From assembly GCF_006345805.1 (NCBI RefSeq), contig NC_043023.1:12338001-12402000 (forward strand): a DNA stretch of 64,000 bases. The letters are read 5' to 3'. Position numbers and translations under genes: made by a program. Source of the DNA: Octopus sinensis (taxonomy: Eukaryota). The notes under the pieces were generated by a model. It saw nothing but the letters and a program-made list of their open reading frames with translations, was not told the DNA's origin and searched no databases. Below, in pieces: positions 12,736 through 25,991 of the stretch (positions within the stretch are counted from its first letter, which is position 1; the number at the start of each line of letters is the position of its first letter).

Positions 12736-12929
12736 GAACAAAGTAAATAATTTTTTAAACTAAGTAAATACATTATTTTTGTTAACAACCTAAGGTTAGG
12801 GTTAAAAAGTCGCTGTAAGATCGACTACTTACGACGAGCTAGAGCGAGTGCGTGCACCGGGACCACTGTTCGCTAGTATTACTAGCCTTGTGAGTGGATT
12901 TGGTAGATGGAAACTGAAAGAAGCCCGTC

Positions 12930-12962
<33 letters not shown>

Positions 12963-12965
12963 TAT

Positions 12966-13240
12966 AGCCAGCGCCGCCTCGACTGGTTTCCGTGCCGGTG
13001 GCACGTTAAAAGCACCAACCGATCGTGGCCGATGCCAGACTTCCCTGGCACCTGTGCCGGTGGCACGTAAAAAGCACCCACTACATTCGCGGAGTGGTTG
13101 GCGTTAGGAAGGGCATCCAGCTGTAGAAACACTGCCAGATCAGACTGGAGCCTGGTGCAGCCTCCTAGCTTCCCAGACCCCGGTCGAACCGTCCAACACG
13201 TGCTAGCGCGGAAAACGGCCGTTAAACGATGATGATGATG
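12966..13240 (+). mobile_element. SINE-like element with (ATG)n tail (family C, RTE-type tail)
   Basis: GGTTGGCGTTAGGAAGGGCATCCAGCTGTAGAAAC...GTTAAACGATGATG. Copies at 23660-24185, 25028-25480, 26940-27258, 39505-39960, 40808-41335, 51668-51983, 53455-53860 and 54714-55220. Confidence 0.8.
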
Positions 13241-13956
13241 ATATATATATATATGTGTGTGTGTATGGTTGTGTGTCTGTGCTTTATTCCATGGGTATGA
13301 AGACTTAATGCATGTTTTTATTTCATTAGGTCATGTTTGTCTTGGAATGACTGGTAATGTCTGCCTGAATTCTCCTGATAAAACTAATGTAACTCCTCCA
13401 ATAAATTTACAGTTGTGAGTGAAATACCCTAACCACCAAGCCATGCCACTTCACAGGTGAAACAAGTGAAAGGAGAGAAGAGAAAGAAAACAGTTAAATA
13501 ATTAGTGAACTGTTGAAGCGATTCATCAATATACAGAATGTTGTAAAACTTTCAAGGCCTCAATGGATGTCAGTGTTGATGTAAGATTTGCAATGTTGAA
13601 TTACTATGTCGTTTGATGATTCTCTTTATCTCACTGCTTCTTTTTTTCTATTTCAGAATATCACATCATGTTGACGTTAAAGAAATTTCTTCATTTAGTC
13701 ATGCCTCTGATATTTTTATTGACTTTCATCAATTAAAGGAAGACCATATATTAATAAGGCACATTCATCAACGCATCAACTTCTTTGTATAAATGAAATC
13801 TTCAACAAACGATGGGAAAATATTTCTTCTGGACTCTGTAATTAACAGAAACATTTTTGTTTTCTTCACTGTCTGGAATGTAGAGGAGATCATCAATTCA
13901 CAGATTAATTAAGCTTCGAGGAATTATTCTCTAAAAATACTATCCTTGTGATATGT

Positions 13957-14700
13957 ATGACAATTTATTCTCACATAATGAATAATTCCACTAAACCAAA
14001 AATCCCTGATAAAGGAGAGAAGCCATATCACTGTGATGTCTGTGGAAAATCATTTTCTCAAATTGCCAATTTAACTATTCACAAACATATTCATACAGGA
14101 GAGAAGCCATATCACTGTGATATCTGTGGTAAATCATTCACTCACAGAAGTGCTGTAACTGTACATAAACGTACTCATACAGGTGAGAAACCATATCAAT
14201 GTGATATCTGTGATAAATCATTCTCTCGAAGTGCTCACTTGACTGGACACAGACGTACACATACAGGAGAGAAGCCATATCATTGCGAAATCTGTGGTAA
14301 ATCATTCTCTTGTGATACTCATTTGATTTATCACAAACGTACACATACTAGGGAAAGACCATATCATTGTGATATCTGTGGTAAATCATTCTCTCAAAGT
14401 AGGGATTTCACCGAACACAAACGTACACATACAGGAGAGAGGCCATATCATTGTGACATCTGTGGTAAATCTTTCTCTCAAAGGAGTCACTTGACGATAC
14501 ATATACGTACACATACGGGAGAGAAGCCATATCATTGCGATATCTGTGGTAAATCTTTTTCTCAAAGGAGTCACTTGACGATACATATACGTACACATAC
14601 GGGAGAGAAGCCATATCATTGCGATATCTGTGGCAAGTCATTTTCTGACAACAATTACTTGACTAGGCTCAGACGTATTCACACAGGGGAAAAACCATGA
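13957..14700 (+). CDS. C2H2 zinc-finger protein, 8 fingers (last lacks first His); frameshift before 2 further fingers
   Basis: ORF with tandem [17 protein letters not shown] units. First ATG 13957, alternative 13978. Acceptor TTTCAG| at 13656; AATAAA at ~15098-15125. Confidence 0.85.
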   Translation: MTIYSHIMNNSTKPKIPDKGEKPYHCDVCGKSFSQIANLTIHKHIHTGEKPYHCDICGKSFTHRSAVTVHKRTHTGEKPYQCDICDKSFSRSAHLTGHRRTHTGEKPYHCEICGKSFSCDTHLIYHKRTHTRERPYHCDICGKSFSQSRDFTEHKRTHTGERPYHCDICGKSFSQRSHLTIHIRTHTGEKPYHCDICGKSFSQRSHLTIHIRTHTGEKPYHCDICGKSFSDNNYLTRLRRIHTGEKP

Positions 14701-14860
14701 GTGTAATATCTGTGGTAAATCATTCTCTCAAAGTGGTCACTTGACTAGTCACATGCGTGTTCATACAGGAGAGAAACCACATCAGTGTGATGTCTGTGGT
14801 AAATGTTTCTCTCAAAAAGGACACTTAAATACACACGTGAGTATTCATACACAAGCGTAA
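14699..14860 (+). pseudogene. Two intact-looking fingers out of frame with the upstream ORF
   Basis: Translates [53 protein letters not shown]. Confidence 0.8.
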
Positions 14861-15516
14861 CTGTATCAATATCAAAATTTATTACAACATGAGAACAATT
14901 ATGAATATTTTGTCTGCTAAAAGACTAGATTTATTCCCCTTCAAGTTTGACCTCATCAACTTTAATTTCATCATTAGCAATTTGATGTTAATGAACCCCA
15001 ACTTCAATATCATTTATATATCTAAATACATCAACACAGAGATGACTTTGGTTTCTGAAGATGATTGTGCTGGATTTTTGAGGAATTTGTTATGAGAGAA
15101 TAAAGGAATGGGAATAAGGAATAAAAGTTTTAAGTGACATTGATTTTGTCTTTGTTGTGTTTTCATCATCAACATCATCATCATACTTTAATGTCCATTT
15201 TTATGCAGGCTTAGGTGGTCAAGTGTGACGAGCCGTCAAGCCAGAGTGCTGCTCCAGGCTCCAGTCAGATTTCGCTTGGTTTCTTTGGCCTTATGCCCCT
15301 AAGCTTCATAGTATGTTTTATAAATATGCCTGTCCCAGTATCATAACAGCATGAAACTAATAGTAGCTCTTTCGGTTGTGTATTTAATTTGATATATTAG
15401 GTTGAGTAAAAAGTAAGCAACGTTTTGAACCATGAAGAGTTTGTACCAGGTTTTTGCAGAGTTTTGAATTTTTTTAAACGTCTTTTTGAAATTGTCTGAT
15501 AATACAAACATATATA

Positions 15517-15877
15517 GGCGCAGGAGTGGCTGTGTGGTAAGTAGCTTGTTTACCAACTACGTGGTTCCAGGTTCAGTCCCACTGTGTGGAACCTTGGGCA
15601 AGTGTCTTCTACTATAGCCGCGGGCTGACCAAAGCCTTGTGAGTGGATTTGGTAGACGGAAACTGAAAAAAAGCCCGTCGTACATATGTATATATATATG
15701 TGTGTGTCTGTGTTTGTTCCCCTAGTATTGCTTGACAACCGATGCTGGTGTGTTTATGTCCCCATTACTTAGCGGTTCGGCAAAAGAGGCAGATAGAATA
15801 AGTCCCAGGGTCGAGTTGCCCGATTAAAGGCGGTGCTCCAGCATGGCCGCAGTCAAATGACTGAAACAAGTAAGAGT
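15517..15877 (+). mobile_element. SINE family A
   Basis: Same head, body and tail as 1988-2380. Confidence 0.9.
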
Positions 15878-16077
15878 AATAGACTTGTCCAAATGCACCA
15901 ATAAATTAACATTGATAATTTTTTTCACTGTTACAATAATCTGAAATGGAAGTGTGAAAGAGCAATATTGGAGCGGGGACAGTTTTAATTTAATTTATAT
16001 ATATATATATATATATATATTACGGAGATGTACTTGCATAGCAAGTGATCTGATCTGAGATTGTGTGTTAGAACGAA

Positions 16078-16310
16078 AACAATTGCAGTGTGGAAGGTGT
16101 TTATAAGCCATTTAAGAAACACACAAAAACCATTAGATTCACGACTAACTGTCATTTATTCAGATGCAGTAGAGAATTTTGTCAGTGAACAGGTCACGGT
16201 CGGAAAGCGACGGAAATATTTTGACAAATTAGATTTCAATATTGAAGTGGAACTAACGGTTTTTGTGTGTTTCTTAAATGGCTTATAAGCACCTTCCACG
16301 CTGCAATTGT
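16078..16310. mobile_element. Small palindromic MITE next to TA microsatellites
   Basis: AACAATTGCAGTGTGGAAGGTGTTTATAAGCCATTTAAGAAACACACAAAAACC is mirrored at ~16257-16310. Confidence 0.7.
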
Positions 16311-16318
16311 TGTGTGTG

Positions 16319-16350
<32 letters not shown>

Positions 16351-16377
16351 TATATATATATATATATGTATGTATAT

Positions 16378-16418
<41 letters not shown>

Positions 16419-16528
16419 TATATGTATGTATATATATATATGTATGTATATATATACACATATATATATATGTATACATACGTAAATATGTGTGTGTATA
16501 TATATATATATATGTCTACGTATATATG

Positions 16529-16603
<75 letters not shown>

Positions 16604-16790
16604 GTATTCATAAATATATATGTGTGTGTATATATATATACGTAGTGCACCTGAGCACTGTACACAATGTTTATTATTATTATTATTATTATACATACAC
16701 ACGGATGCGTATACACATATCATTGTACATGTGTATATATATATGACATACACACATGTATGTATACATATACACGAACATATATGTAAG
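16311..16790. repeat. (TA)n/(TATG)n microsatellite
   Basis: Direct reading. Confidence 0.95.
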
Positions 16791-17505
16791 ACAGATACAC
16801 CCGCTTAATTTTACAATAGCTAGAACTTTATTCCTTCCTCCATAATTTTGGTGAAAATTTGAAAAAAAAACGCAGAAAGAAAATCATTGAATCGAATCCC
16901 GCCAGTAAATAATGCCATCTCGGGGAGAAGCGGGGAAATAGAGTCGTATAAAGGGGAATAACTTTAACAGCAGGGGAAAATTTAAATAGTGCTGGTGATT
17001 TAACATCGGGCACTGACCCGTAAGAATACGGTAAGTTGACAACGATCTGTTTTAAAGCTGTAATGATAAAAAGATAGATAAATAATAAGGTAGTTTCCTA
17101 TTTGATGCCCGTAAAATCATAGCGATCCAACAAGTTTATTTTAATAAAACATTTCATTAATTATAAGTGGAACACACTACGAACAATGAATGAAAGGTGA
17201 GGGAAAATGTTTGAGTTATTTTGAATAGAGTTTCGCCCTGGACATATTTGAGAATTGTTCAACAATCCATGGCGATGACACAAAGCAATACAAGTAGCTG
17301 GATCTGAGAAAGATCGAACCAGTATCGTAATTGTAAGGCTTTAATTGATTAAAACGGGAAGCAAGACATGCTAATCGAGTTGAAATGAAATTTAGACTAA
17401 AACAAATTTGATTTTACGGACATCAAATAGGAAATGACCAATAATAATGTTGAATGGCAAAATATATTTCCTCTTCTTTGATAATTACTTTCAAATTGAA
17501 AAGTT

Positions 17506-18214
17506 GGAATCTTTTCGGTTTGAACGGCAGATTTTTAAAATAGTTTCCACTAAACTAAACACTTTTTAAACTTCGTATACTGGTAGAATGTGTTTATAAG
17601 ACATCTTTTTCTCTTGGCTTTATTGAGAAAATTCAATAGTTTGTAAGATATTTGGGTCTTTTCGGTTTGACCGGCAGTTTTTAAAAATAATTTCCACGTA
17701 ACTAAACACTTTTAAACTTCGTTTACTGGTAGAATGTGTTTATAAAACATCTTTTTCTCTTGGCTTTATTGAGAAAATTCTATAGTTTGTAAAATATCTG
17801 GGATCTTTTCGGTTTGACCGGCAGTTTTTTAAAATAGTTTCCACGTAACTTAACACTTTTAAACTTCGGATACTGGTAGAATATGTTTATAAAACATCTT
17901 TTTCTCTTGGCTTTAATTGAGAAAATTCTGTAGTTTGTAACATATTTGTTGTTGTTTTTTTTTCAATTTCTGCAATTTCAACCAATAAATGACGTCTATT
18001 GAGGTAAAAAACATTCTGTGCCGTATCAATATGTCCCTCGTTTAAGATACAGATTAGGTTTATTTACATTTGTGAAGAAAAAAAGATACCCTTCCCACCA
18101 GCCGTAACCCTGAAACAGATTGAAATGCAATAGATCGATACTAGGGTCATAATAATGGGTGACAATTTCATATGACACCGCTAGAAAAAACTGCCGGTCA
18201 AACAGAAAAGATCC
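17506..18214. mobile_element. GGATC-TIR MITE with internal tandem repeats
   Basis: Same family as 4846-5614. Confidence 0.8.
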
Positions 18215-18640
18215 GGAAGGACAATGAGTGGAGAAGAGAGGAAATGACGTTCAGAAAGGACCGGAACTACGACGGCATGACGTCACGTCAGGTAGCCACA
18301 TGTTGAGGACGTCTTCTGTATTACGGTATCTTTGACGGGGTCAAAATATTGCGTTGGAAACGGTCGTAGAGAATATAAGAATATATGAGTAGACTTTATT
18401 AAAATAATCTGGTGAGAATTTGAAAGAACTTGAAGGTGAAATTGTTGATAAAATGGGACAAAAAAAAAAAAAACGGAACGAATTCAACCTGCCAGTAGAG
18501 CCATCTACTGGAGAATAGAAGTACAACCATACCAAGGGAAGTAACTTCTACAACACTCCAAACCACGTGGTCCCTGTAAATTATTAATTAAGGTGCTTAA
18601 TTGCCAATCACTGGCTTGTTTATATCCGAATACGGTAAGT
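18215..18640 (+). promoter_or_regulatory. Putative promoter/first exon of the 21.3-kb ZNF gene
   Basis: CRE-like TGACGTCACGTCA at ~18278, CTCF-like CCAGTAGATGGCTCT (minus strand, 18497-18511), and donor ACG|GTAAGT at 18635. A more diverged copy has its donor at 17031. Confidence 0.55.
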
Positions 18641-19057
18641 TTATAAAGATTTAATTAAAGACTGTATTAATACTATTAATTAATAATTTAAATAATAAAA
18701 TTATGCGAGCCTCTCCAAACGAAAACATTTTATTTTTTAGTATAAAATATTTCAAACTGGATGAATCTTCCTAATTTTTTGCATACTTCATTTATTTTGT
18801 ATATATTTTCCATCTTAATAACTTCCTAAAAAATTAGGTGTCATTTTCGTGCAGAGGTGTGTTTCTAGGTACTACTAGCGAACAGTGGTCCCAGTGTGAT
18901 CACTTTTTAACCCTAAACATAACCCTAACCCGGTACTATTTAAGAAGAGTGGTCCCTGTGCCCGCACTTACTCGCTAGCTAGTAGTGGCTAGTGCATTCT
19001 AAATGTCTACTTAGCGCGAGTGCCACATAGGTTTTTTTTTAACAAAATAAATAATTC

Positions 19058-19621
19058 GGATCTTTTCGGTTTGAACGGCAGTTTTTAAAATAGTTTCCAC
19101 GTAACTAAACACTTTTAAACTTCGTATACTGGTAGAATGTGTTTATAAAACATCTTTTTCTCTTGGCTTTATTGAGAAAATTCTATGGTTTGTAAGATAT
19201 TTGGGATCCTTTCGATTTGAACGACAGTTTTTTAAAATAATTTCCACGTAACTAAACACTTTTAAACTTCGTATACTGGTAGAATGTGTTTATAAAACAT
19301 CTTTTTCTCTTGTCTTTAATTGAGAAAATTCTATGGTTTGTAAGATATTTGTTGTTTTTTTTTCTTCAATTTCTGCAATTTCAACCGATCAATTACGTCT
19401 ATTGATGTAAAAAAAACAAACATTCTGTGCCGTATGAATATGTTCCTCGTTTAAGAAACATTGGGTTTATTTACATTTCTGAAGAAAAAAAGGATACCCT
19501 TCCCACACCCCTAACCCTAAAACAGATTGAAATGCAATAGATCGATACTAGGGTCATAATTATGGGTGACAATTTCATATGACACTGCTAGAAAAAACTA
19601 TAGTTCAAACCGAAAAGATCC
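19058..19621. mobile_element. GGATC-TIR MITE
   Basis: GGATCTTTTCGGTTTGAAC...GTTCAAACCGAAAAGATCC. Confidence 0.85.
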
Positions 19622-22600
19622 AATAAGTGTCTTCTACTATAGCCCTGAGCTAACTAAACCCTTTTATTTCACATCCACGTAGGGGACGAATCTAAACACA
19701 AAAATGCTCTGAAAGCAACGGGGTTGGGAGAGGCTTTCGGAAAATTCACAAGATCCGATGTTTTTCCCTCGTAACTTTGAGGAAAATATAATCCTTTTGA
19801 AATAACAAATTCAATTTTTCCTCAGGAACTTCTATGCTAAACATCCTTTTGTTAAGGTTCATTCGTTGGTCCCCCTTTCGTTATAACACATGCTGTCAAC
19901 TATAAACACATGAAATATTATCACTAATAATGCTCTCTCGATGCACATACATATTTCTTCTCTGTATTTGTGTGGAATGTAGATAACAAAATCAATGTGG
20001 CAGTTTAAACTTGAGAAAAGCCTTGCATATTTATAATGTCCAAGTTATATAGATGTATGTATGCATTTCTGTGCATGTGTGTGTATGCGGCTAGGGTTCC
20101 TTCTTACCTGCTTCGTTTGTGTATGTAAATTTCTAAGAAGAAAACGAGATCGATGTCAAAAAAGCCGTATTACTGATGATATTTCATTAATTTAGGGCTG
20201 ACAACACGTGCTCTCGTGCTCACTGAAACTAACAAAAGAATCTTGACGAGTCTGAGACTGAAAAACGATTAAATGCCGCTTAACCAAACTGTAGAAGAAC
20301 GAGATGCTGTTGAGCATTTTGTCCGATAAGCAAAGGATTCTTCCTCTAAATAATACACGGTTGACCAGAATCCATGTCTCCCTTGTTCGTTAAATTTATT
20401 TAATATATTATTATTCATTAATACACTTATTAAGAAATAAAATAGTAAATTTAAATAATAAACGAAGCATGCTAGGACAGATGACTAATAATTGAGTCAT
20501 GAATTCTTTCCCTCTCTGTAGGATTATATGAACCCTTCGAAGTTACAGTCATCACATAGAATTAAGAACATAGCAACGTTGAGAAAATATGATTCCTCGT
20601 TTTGGGTATATCAAACATTGGCGATCCTTCGTTATAGGTACCGGAAGTGGCGTTGTTTACATTTTTGAGGATAACAGAAACACTTTTCTCCCACCCCTAA
20701 CACTAACCCCCCATATATATAAAAAAAAACATTTTTTTGAAATGTATCCGGTACCTATACCGAAGTTACTCCCAAATATTGATTTTCTTTTGATTGGCTT
20801 GAGAAAACAAATTTAGGGTGTAGTGCTTGTCATTATGCCAGTCTTTCAATGCCTCAAGGAACTCTGACCCCTAACAACATTTAATAGATGACATTGTTAA
20901 ATTTTGCAACGTTGAATTAGTGTATCATTTAACTATTCTCTTTATCTTGATGTTTCTTTTCCTATTTCAGAATATCACCTTATGTTGACCCACAAGAAAC
21001 TTCTTCATTCAGATGTGCCTTTCATATTTTGACGTTGTTTCATCAACTAAAGCAAGATGACATAATTTATCAGCAGCATTCATCAATACATCAAAATTTA
21101 TATGAATACAATCTAAGAATACAATATTTTTTCTTGTCTTCACTGTTTGGAATGCAGACGAAGTGATTGCCTTACATGTTAATTAAGGTTGGATACCTTT
21201 ACAAACGAGTTGACGATTTTCACCTGCTGATTTAGATATTAATTAAGATCACAGAAGAAAGAAACACAGCTTCAAATTCTTTTCTGGAACTGAAAACAAA
21301 GATGTTTATAGAGATGAAGGAAACATTATTATTGTGATATGTATAATAAATTATTCTGTCATAATGAATAATTCAATTAAACCAAAAGACCCAGATACAA
21401 GAGAGAAACAATATTTCTGTGATATCTGTGGTAAATCATTCTCTCAAAGTTCGAAGGTGACTAGACACAAACGTACACATACAGGAGAAAGGCCTTATCA
21501 TTGTGATATCTGTGATAAATCATTTTCTGACAGCAGTACCTTGACTAAACACAAATATACACACATGGGAGAAAAGCCATTTCAATGTGATATCTGTGGT
21601 AAATCATTCTCTCGCAGTTCAGACGTAACTAGACACAAATGTACACGTGCTGGAGAAAAACCATATCACTGTGATATTTGTGGTAAATCATTTTCTCAAA
21701 ATGGCGATTTAACTCAACACGAACGTACACATACAGGAGAAAAGCCATATCATTGTAATATCTGTGGTAAATCATTCTCTCTAAGGGGTAACTTGACTCA
21801 TCACAAATATACACATACAGGAGAAAAGCTATATCAGTGTGATATTTGTTGTAAATCATTCTCTCAAAGAGGTACCTTGACTGAACACAAACGCACACAT
21901 ATGGGAGAAAGGCCTTATCATTGTGATATCTGTGGTAAATCATTCTCTAAACGTAATGACTTGACTCGCCACAAACTTACACATACAGGAGAAAAGCCAT
22001 ATCATTGTGATATCTGTGGTAAATCATTCCCTCGAAGGAGTAACTTGACTGTACACAATCGTACACATACAGGAGAAAAGCCTTACCACTGTGATATCTG
22101 TGGTAAATCATTCTCTTTTAAGAATACCTTGGCTGAACACAAATATACACATACAGGAGGAAAGCCATATCATTGTGATATCTGTGGTAAATTATTCTCT
22201 CAAAGGAATAGCTTGACTCATCACAAATATACACATACAGGAGAAAAGCCATATCATTGTGATATCTGTGGTAAATCATTCTCTCAAAGAGGTACCTTGA
22301 CTGAACACAAACGCACACATACGGGAGAAAAGCCTTATCATTGTAATATCTGTGATAAATCATTTTCGCATAGGAGTATTTTGACTAGACACAAACGTAC
22401 ACATACAGGAAAAAAGCTATATAATTGTGATATCTGTGATAAATCATTCTCGCGTAGGAGTAGCTTGACTCGGCATGAATATACACATACAGGATAAAAG
22501 CCATACCATTGTGATATCTGTGATGAATCATTTTCTCAAAATTATCATTTAACGAATTTCAGATACATTCATACGAGGGAAAAACCATGTCACTGTGATA

Positions 22601-25600
22601 TCTGTGATAAATCATTCTCTGCAAATTGTGATTTAACTAGTAACAAACGTATTCATTCTGGAGAGAAGCCATTATCATTGTGACACCTGAGGTAAATCAT
22701 TCTCTTGCGAATGTACATTTTCATACCACACAAAATCTACATCATGGTCATATCTATTGTAAATCATTCTCTCATAGACTTAACTGTAAATGAATACATT
22801 CCTACAGAAGAGAAGCCAGGTCAGAGTGACATCTGTGCTAAACCATTCTCTTGAAAAAAGCTACATCCATCCACCTGGGTATTCACAACAATTGTAACTG
22901 TACCAATGCCAGGATTTATTAAAACATTACGACAATGAAGTCTGTTTTGTCAGCTGTCCTTCAGGGTTTTTCCCATCATCAATTTGAATACCGTCAGTGT
23001 GAACGTCAAACCTGTCATAATCTGTAAAAATATTGACTCTGAGTTAACTTGATTGCTAAAAATGCCTGCGTTTGGATTTTGAGGAATTTGCTAGAAAAGA
23101 ATAATGAATAAAAAATCAGAATAAAAGTTAGACCATTTTGTGTTTGTTTTGTTACTCAATATCTGGACACTGTCTCCTCTATACCTTAAATCTCTCGACT
23201 GGCACAATGGCACACCCGTTCAATACTAACTGGCCACCTCCCTGTTGTGGGATTTTTTTGTCACCTGGGGACTTGGTGACCCTTTTGATGCTGATGCTAC
23301 ATGTCCTTACACACTGTTAAAGTACAGGTCTGGAATCCCCAACTCTACGGGGGTGGTCTTGTTATTCAAATGCCTTGTTTCTATTTGCTCCTGAAATTTA
23401 TGTGTAATCTTTTATTCTTTGATGTGTTTCAATCATTTGACTGAGGCCATGCTGGAGCACCTTCTTCAAGGGTGTTAGTGGAAGAAATCGACCTCAAGAC
23501 TTAGTCTTTGTAAGTCTAGTACTAATTTTATTGGTGACTTTTACTAATCCGTAGTTACTGTGAGATAATCACACCAGTACCAATGGTTAAGCCCGTGGCA
23601 GGTGAAAAAAAAAGACACAGACACATACCCAAATACATATAGATATACATTCTGGTGTCTTCTACCTGGGACGTAGCCAGCCCACTTATGCATACCTTTC
23701 CTTCTTGTGACACAAACCCTACTTGTGACGACCTGTTGAGGCAAGTGAAAATCAAAATCGAAATCGATCAACATCAATGGAAATTGTAGCTGTGATACCA
23801 GTGCCAATGGCACGTAAGAGAACGATCCGAACGTGGCCGTTGCCAGCGACGACTCGACTGGCCTCCGTGCCGGTGGCACGTAAAATGCACCATCCGATTG
23901 TGGCCATTGCCAGCCTCGTCTAGCCCCTGTGCCGGTGGTATGTAAAAGGCAGCATCTGACAAAGGCCGGTTGCCAGCCTCGTCTGGCACCTGTGCAGGTG
24001 GCATGTAAAAGGCAGCCACTACACTCACGGAGTGGTTGGCATTAGGAAGGGCATCCAGACGTAGAAACACTGCCTGATCAGACTGGGCCCAGCACAGCCT
24101 TCTGGTTTCCAAGACCCCAGTTGAACTGTCCAACCCATGCGAGCATGGAAAGCGGATGCAAAACAATGATGATGATGATGATGATTTATATATATATATA
24201 TATGTAGTAGCCTAAGGTTGAGTTGAGCTGGCAAAAACGTCAGCACACCGGGGAAATGTATTTCATCTGGTGTTACGTTCTGAGTTCAAATTCCACCGAG
24301 GTCGACTTTGCCTTACATCCTATTGGAGTCGATAAATAAAGTACCAGTTACTCACTGGGGTTGGTGTAGTCGACTTAATCCATGTCCCTGTTTGTCCTCT
24401 CTGTGTTTACCTCTTTGTGGGCGATAAAGAAATAAGAAATCGACCCCAAGACAGGGACATAAACACACCAATACCAGTTGTTAAGCGATGGCTGAGGGAA
24501 AAACAGATACACACATTTATACACATACCCACATATATACATGCATACAAACACACATATATAGTAGCCTAAGTACCCGGCGTTGCCCGGAATTTAAAGG
24601 AATGTTAACCCTTTTGATACCTATTTCTTTACTAAACACAGAGGGGACAGACACACGAATTAAGTCGATTATATCGACACCAGTGCGTAACTGGTACTTA
24701 TTTAATCGACCCCGAAAGGATGAAAGGCAAAGTCGATCTCGGCGGAATTTGAACTCAGAATGTAACGGCTACGCATTTTACCCGGCGTGCTAACGTTTCT
24801 GCCAGCTCACCGCCTTTTGACACCAACCCAGCTGGCAGGCACCCCCTCAAACTCTGTAGTACAAATAAATGTCTTGTTTTAATGAGTTCTGATTTAAAAT
24901 TTTTCATCAAACTTTAGTCACAACTTATGTTCCAACACCAGGTTAATGATAACCACCAAGTTATTTTATGAAGCTGTTTGTTATATTTAAAATTAATTGA
25001 AAGAAACACAGAGCCTCTCAACAGAATTCATCATCGTTTAACGTCTGCTTTCCATGCTAGCATGGGTTGGACGAATGACTGAGGGCTGGCGAACCAAATG
25101 GCTGCACCAAATGTCTTGATATGGCAGAGTTTCTACAGCTGGATGCCCTTCCTAATGCCAACCATTCTGAGAATGTAGTGGGTGCTTTTTACATTATATA
25201 TCATCATTATATATCATGGGTGCTTTTTACATTATATATCATCATTATATATCATCATCATCATCATTTAACGTTTGCTTTCCATGCTAGCATGGGTTGG
25301 ACGAATGACTGAGGTCTGGCGAACCAAATGGCTGCACCAGGCTTCAGTCTTGATCTGGCAGAGTTTCTACAGCTGGATGCCCTTCCTAACGCCAACCACT
25401 CCGAGAGTGTAGTGGGTGCTTTTACATGCAACTGGCACGGGGCCAGTCAGGCGGAACTGGCAACGACCTCGCTTGAATCTTCTAATTATGGTAACAAAAT
25501 TGTTAAAGGAAATGAACGTATTTATTCCGATAAAAAATACATTTTCAGAACAATTCTATCAGATGACATGTGTATAAACAATATCAGGAAAACAAATTTT

Positions 25601-25991
25601 GGAAGCAATCACAGTTTAATTCTGTAGAACTTCTAAATATACAAGGTTTTCAGCAACCACTACATTCTTGAAGTGTTTGGTGTTAGGAAGGGCATCCAGC
25701 TTCCAAGAACTGATTGCAGCCTGGTTCATCTTCGTGAGTTGGCAGTCCTCAGTCAAACCGTCCAACCCATGGAAAGCAGGTGTTAAATGATGATGATACT
25801 ATATATGATATATTGTTATGACATTGAAAGTTTAGGGTGAAATTTGCCAACCATTCGCTGTCTCTCTCTCTCACTCACTCGACACAAAGAAGACACGTGA
25901 TTTCCTCGCCAGAAATTGCAAAGGGAAACTGCTTTAGCGTTTCAAATTTATTCTGCAATCTGGGATTATTATACCTTATATATATTATATT
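19301..25991 (+). repeat. Left arm of near-identical 6.7-kb inverted segmental duplication (partner 38997-45688)
   Basis: Paired coordinates sum to ~64989 throughout (21334/43655, 22497/42492); identical 387-aa ORFs. Confidence 0.95.
21364..22497 (+). CDS. C2H2 zinc-finger protein, 13 fingers
   Basis: ORF 21334-22497 (GTG-called); first in-frame ATG 21364. Acceptor CCTATTTCAG| at 20970; AATAAA at 23107 and 23120. Confidence 0.9.
   Translation: MNNSIKPKDPDTREKQYFCDICGKSFSQSSKVTRHKRTHTGERPYHCDICDKSFSDSSTLTKHKYTHMGEKPFQCDICGKSFSRSSDVTRHKCTRAGEKPYHCDICGKSFSQNGDLTQHERTHTGEKPYHCNICGKSFSLRGNLTHHKYTHTGEKLYQCDICCKSFSQRGTLTEHKRTHMGERPYHCDICGKSFSKRNDLTRHKLTHTGEKPYHCDICGKSFPRRSNLTVHNRTHTGEKPYHCDICGKSFSFKNTLAEHKYTHTGGKPYHCDICGKLFSQRNSLTHHKYTHTGEKPYHCDICGKSFSQRGTLTEHKRTHTGEKPYHCNICDKSFSHRSILTRHKRTHTGKKLYNCDICDKSFSRRSSLTRHEYTHTG

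Larger units (their letters stand above)
8585..12878. mobile_element. Outer foldback element with nested insertions
   Basis: 8585-8740 is the reverse complement of ~12736-12878. Confidence 0.7.

Noticed and set aside
16156-16808. Tyr/Ile-rich ORFs
   Set aside because: Translations of a (TA)n microsatellite.
20240-20270. Hammerhead-ribozyme-like TTGACGAGTCTGAGACTGAAA
   Set aside because: Core deviates from CUGANGA/GAAA geometry and stems I/III could not be identified; an Rfam covariance search would be needed.
20589-20816. 75-aa ORF conserved in four places
   Set aside because: Spans a MITE within duplicated intron sequence; conservation reflects recent duplication.
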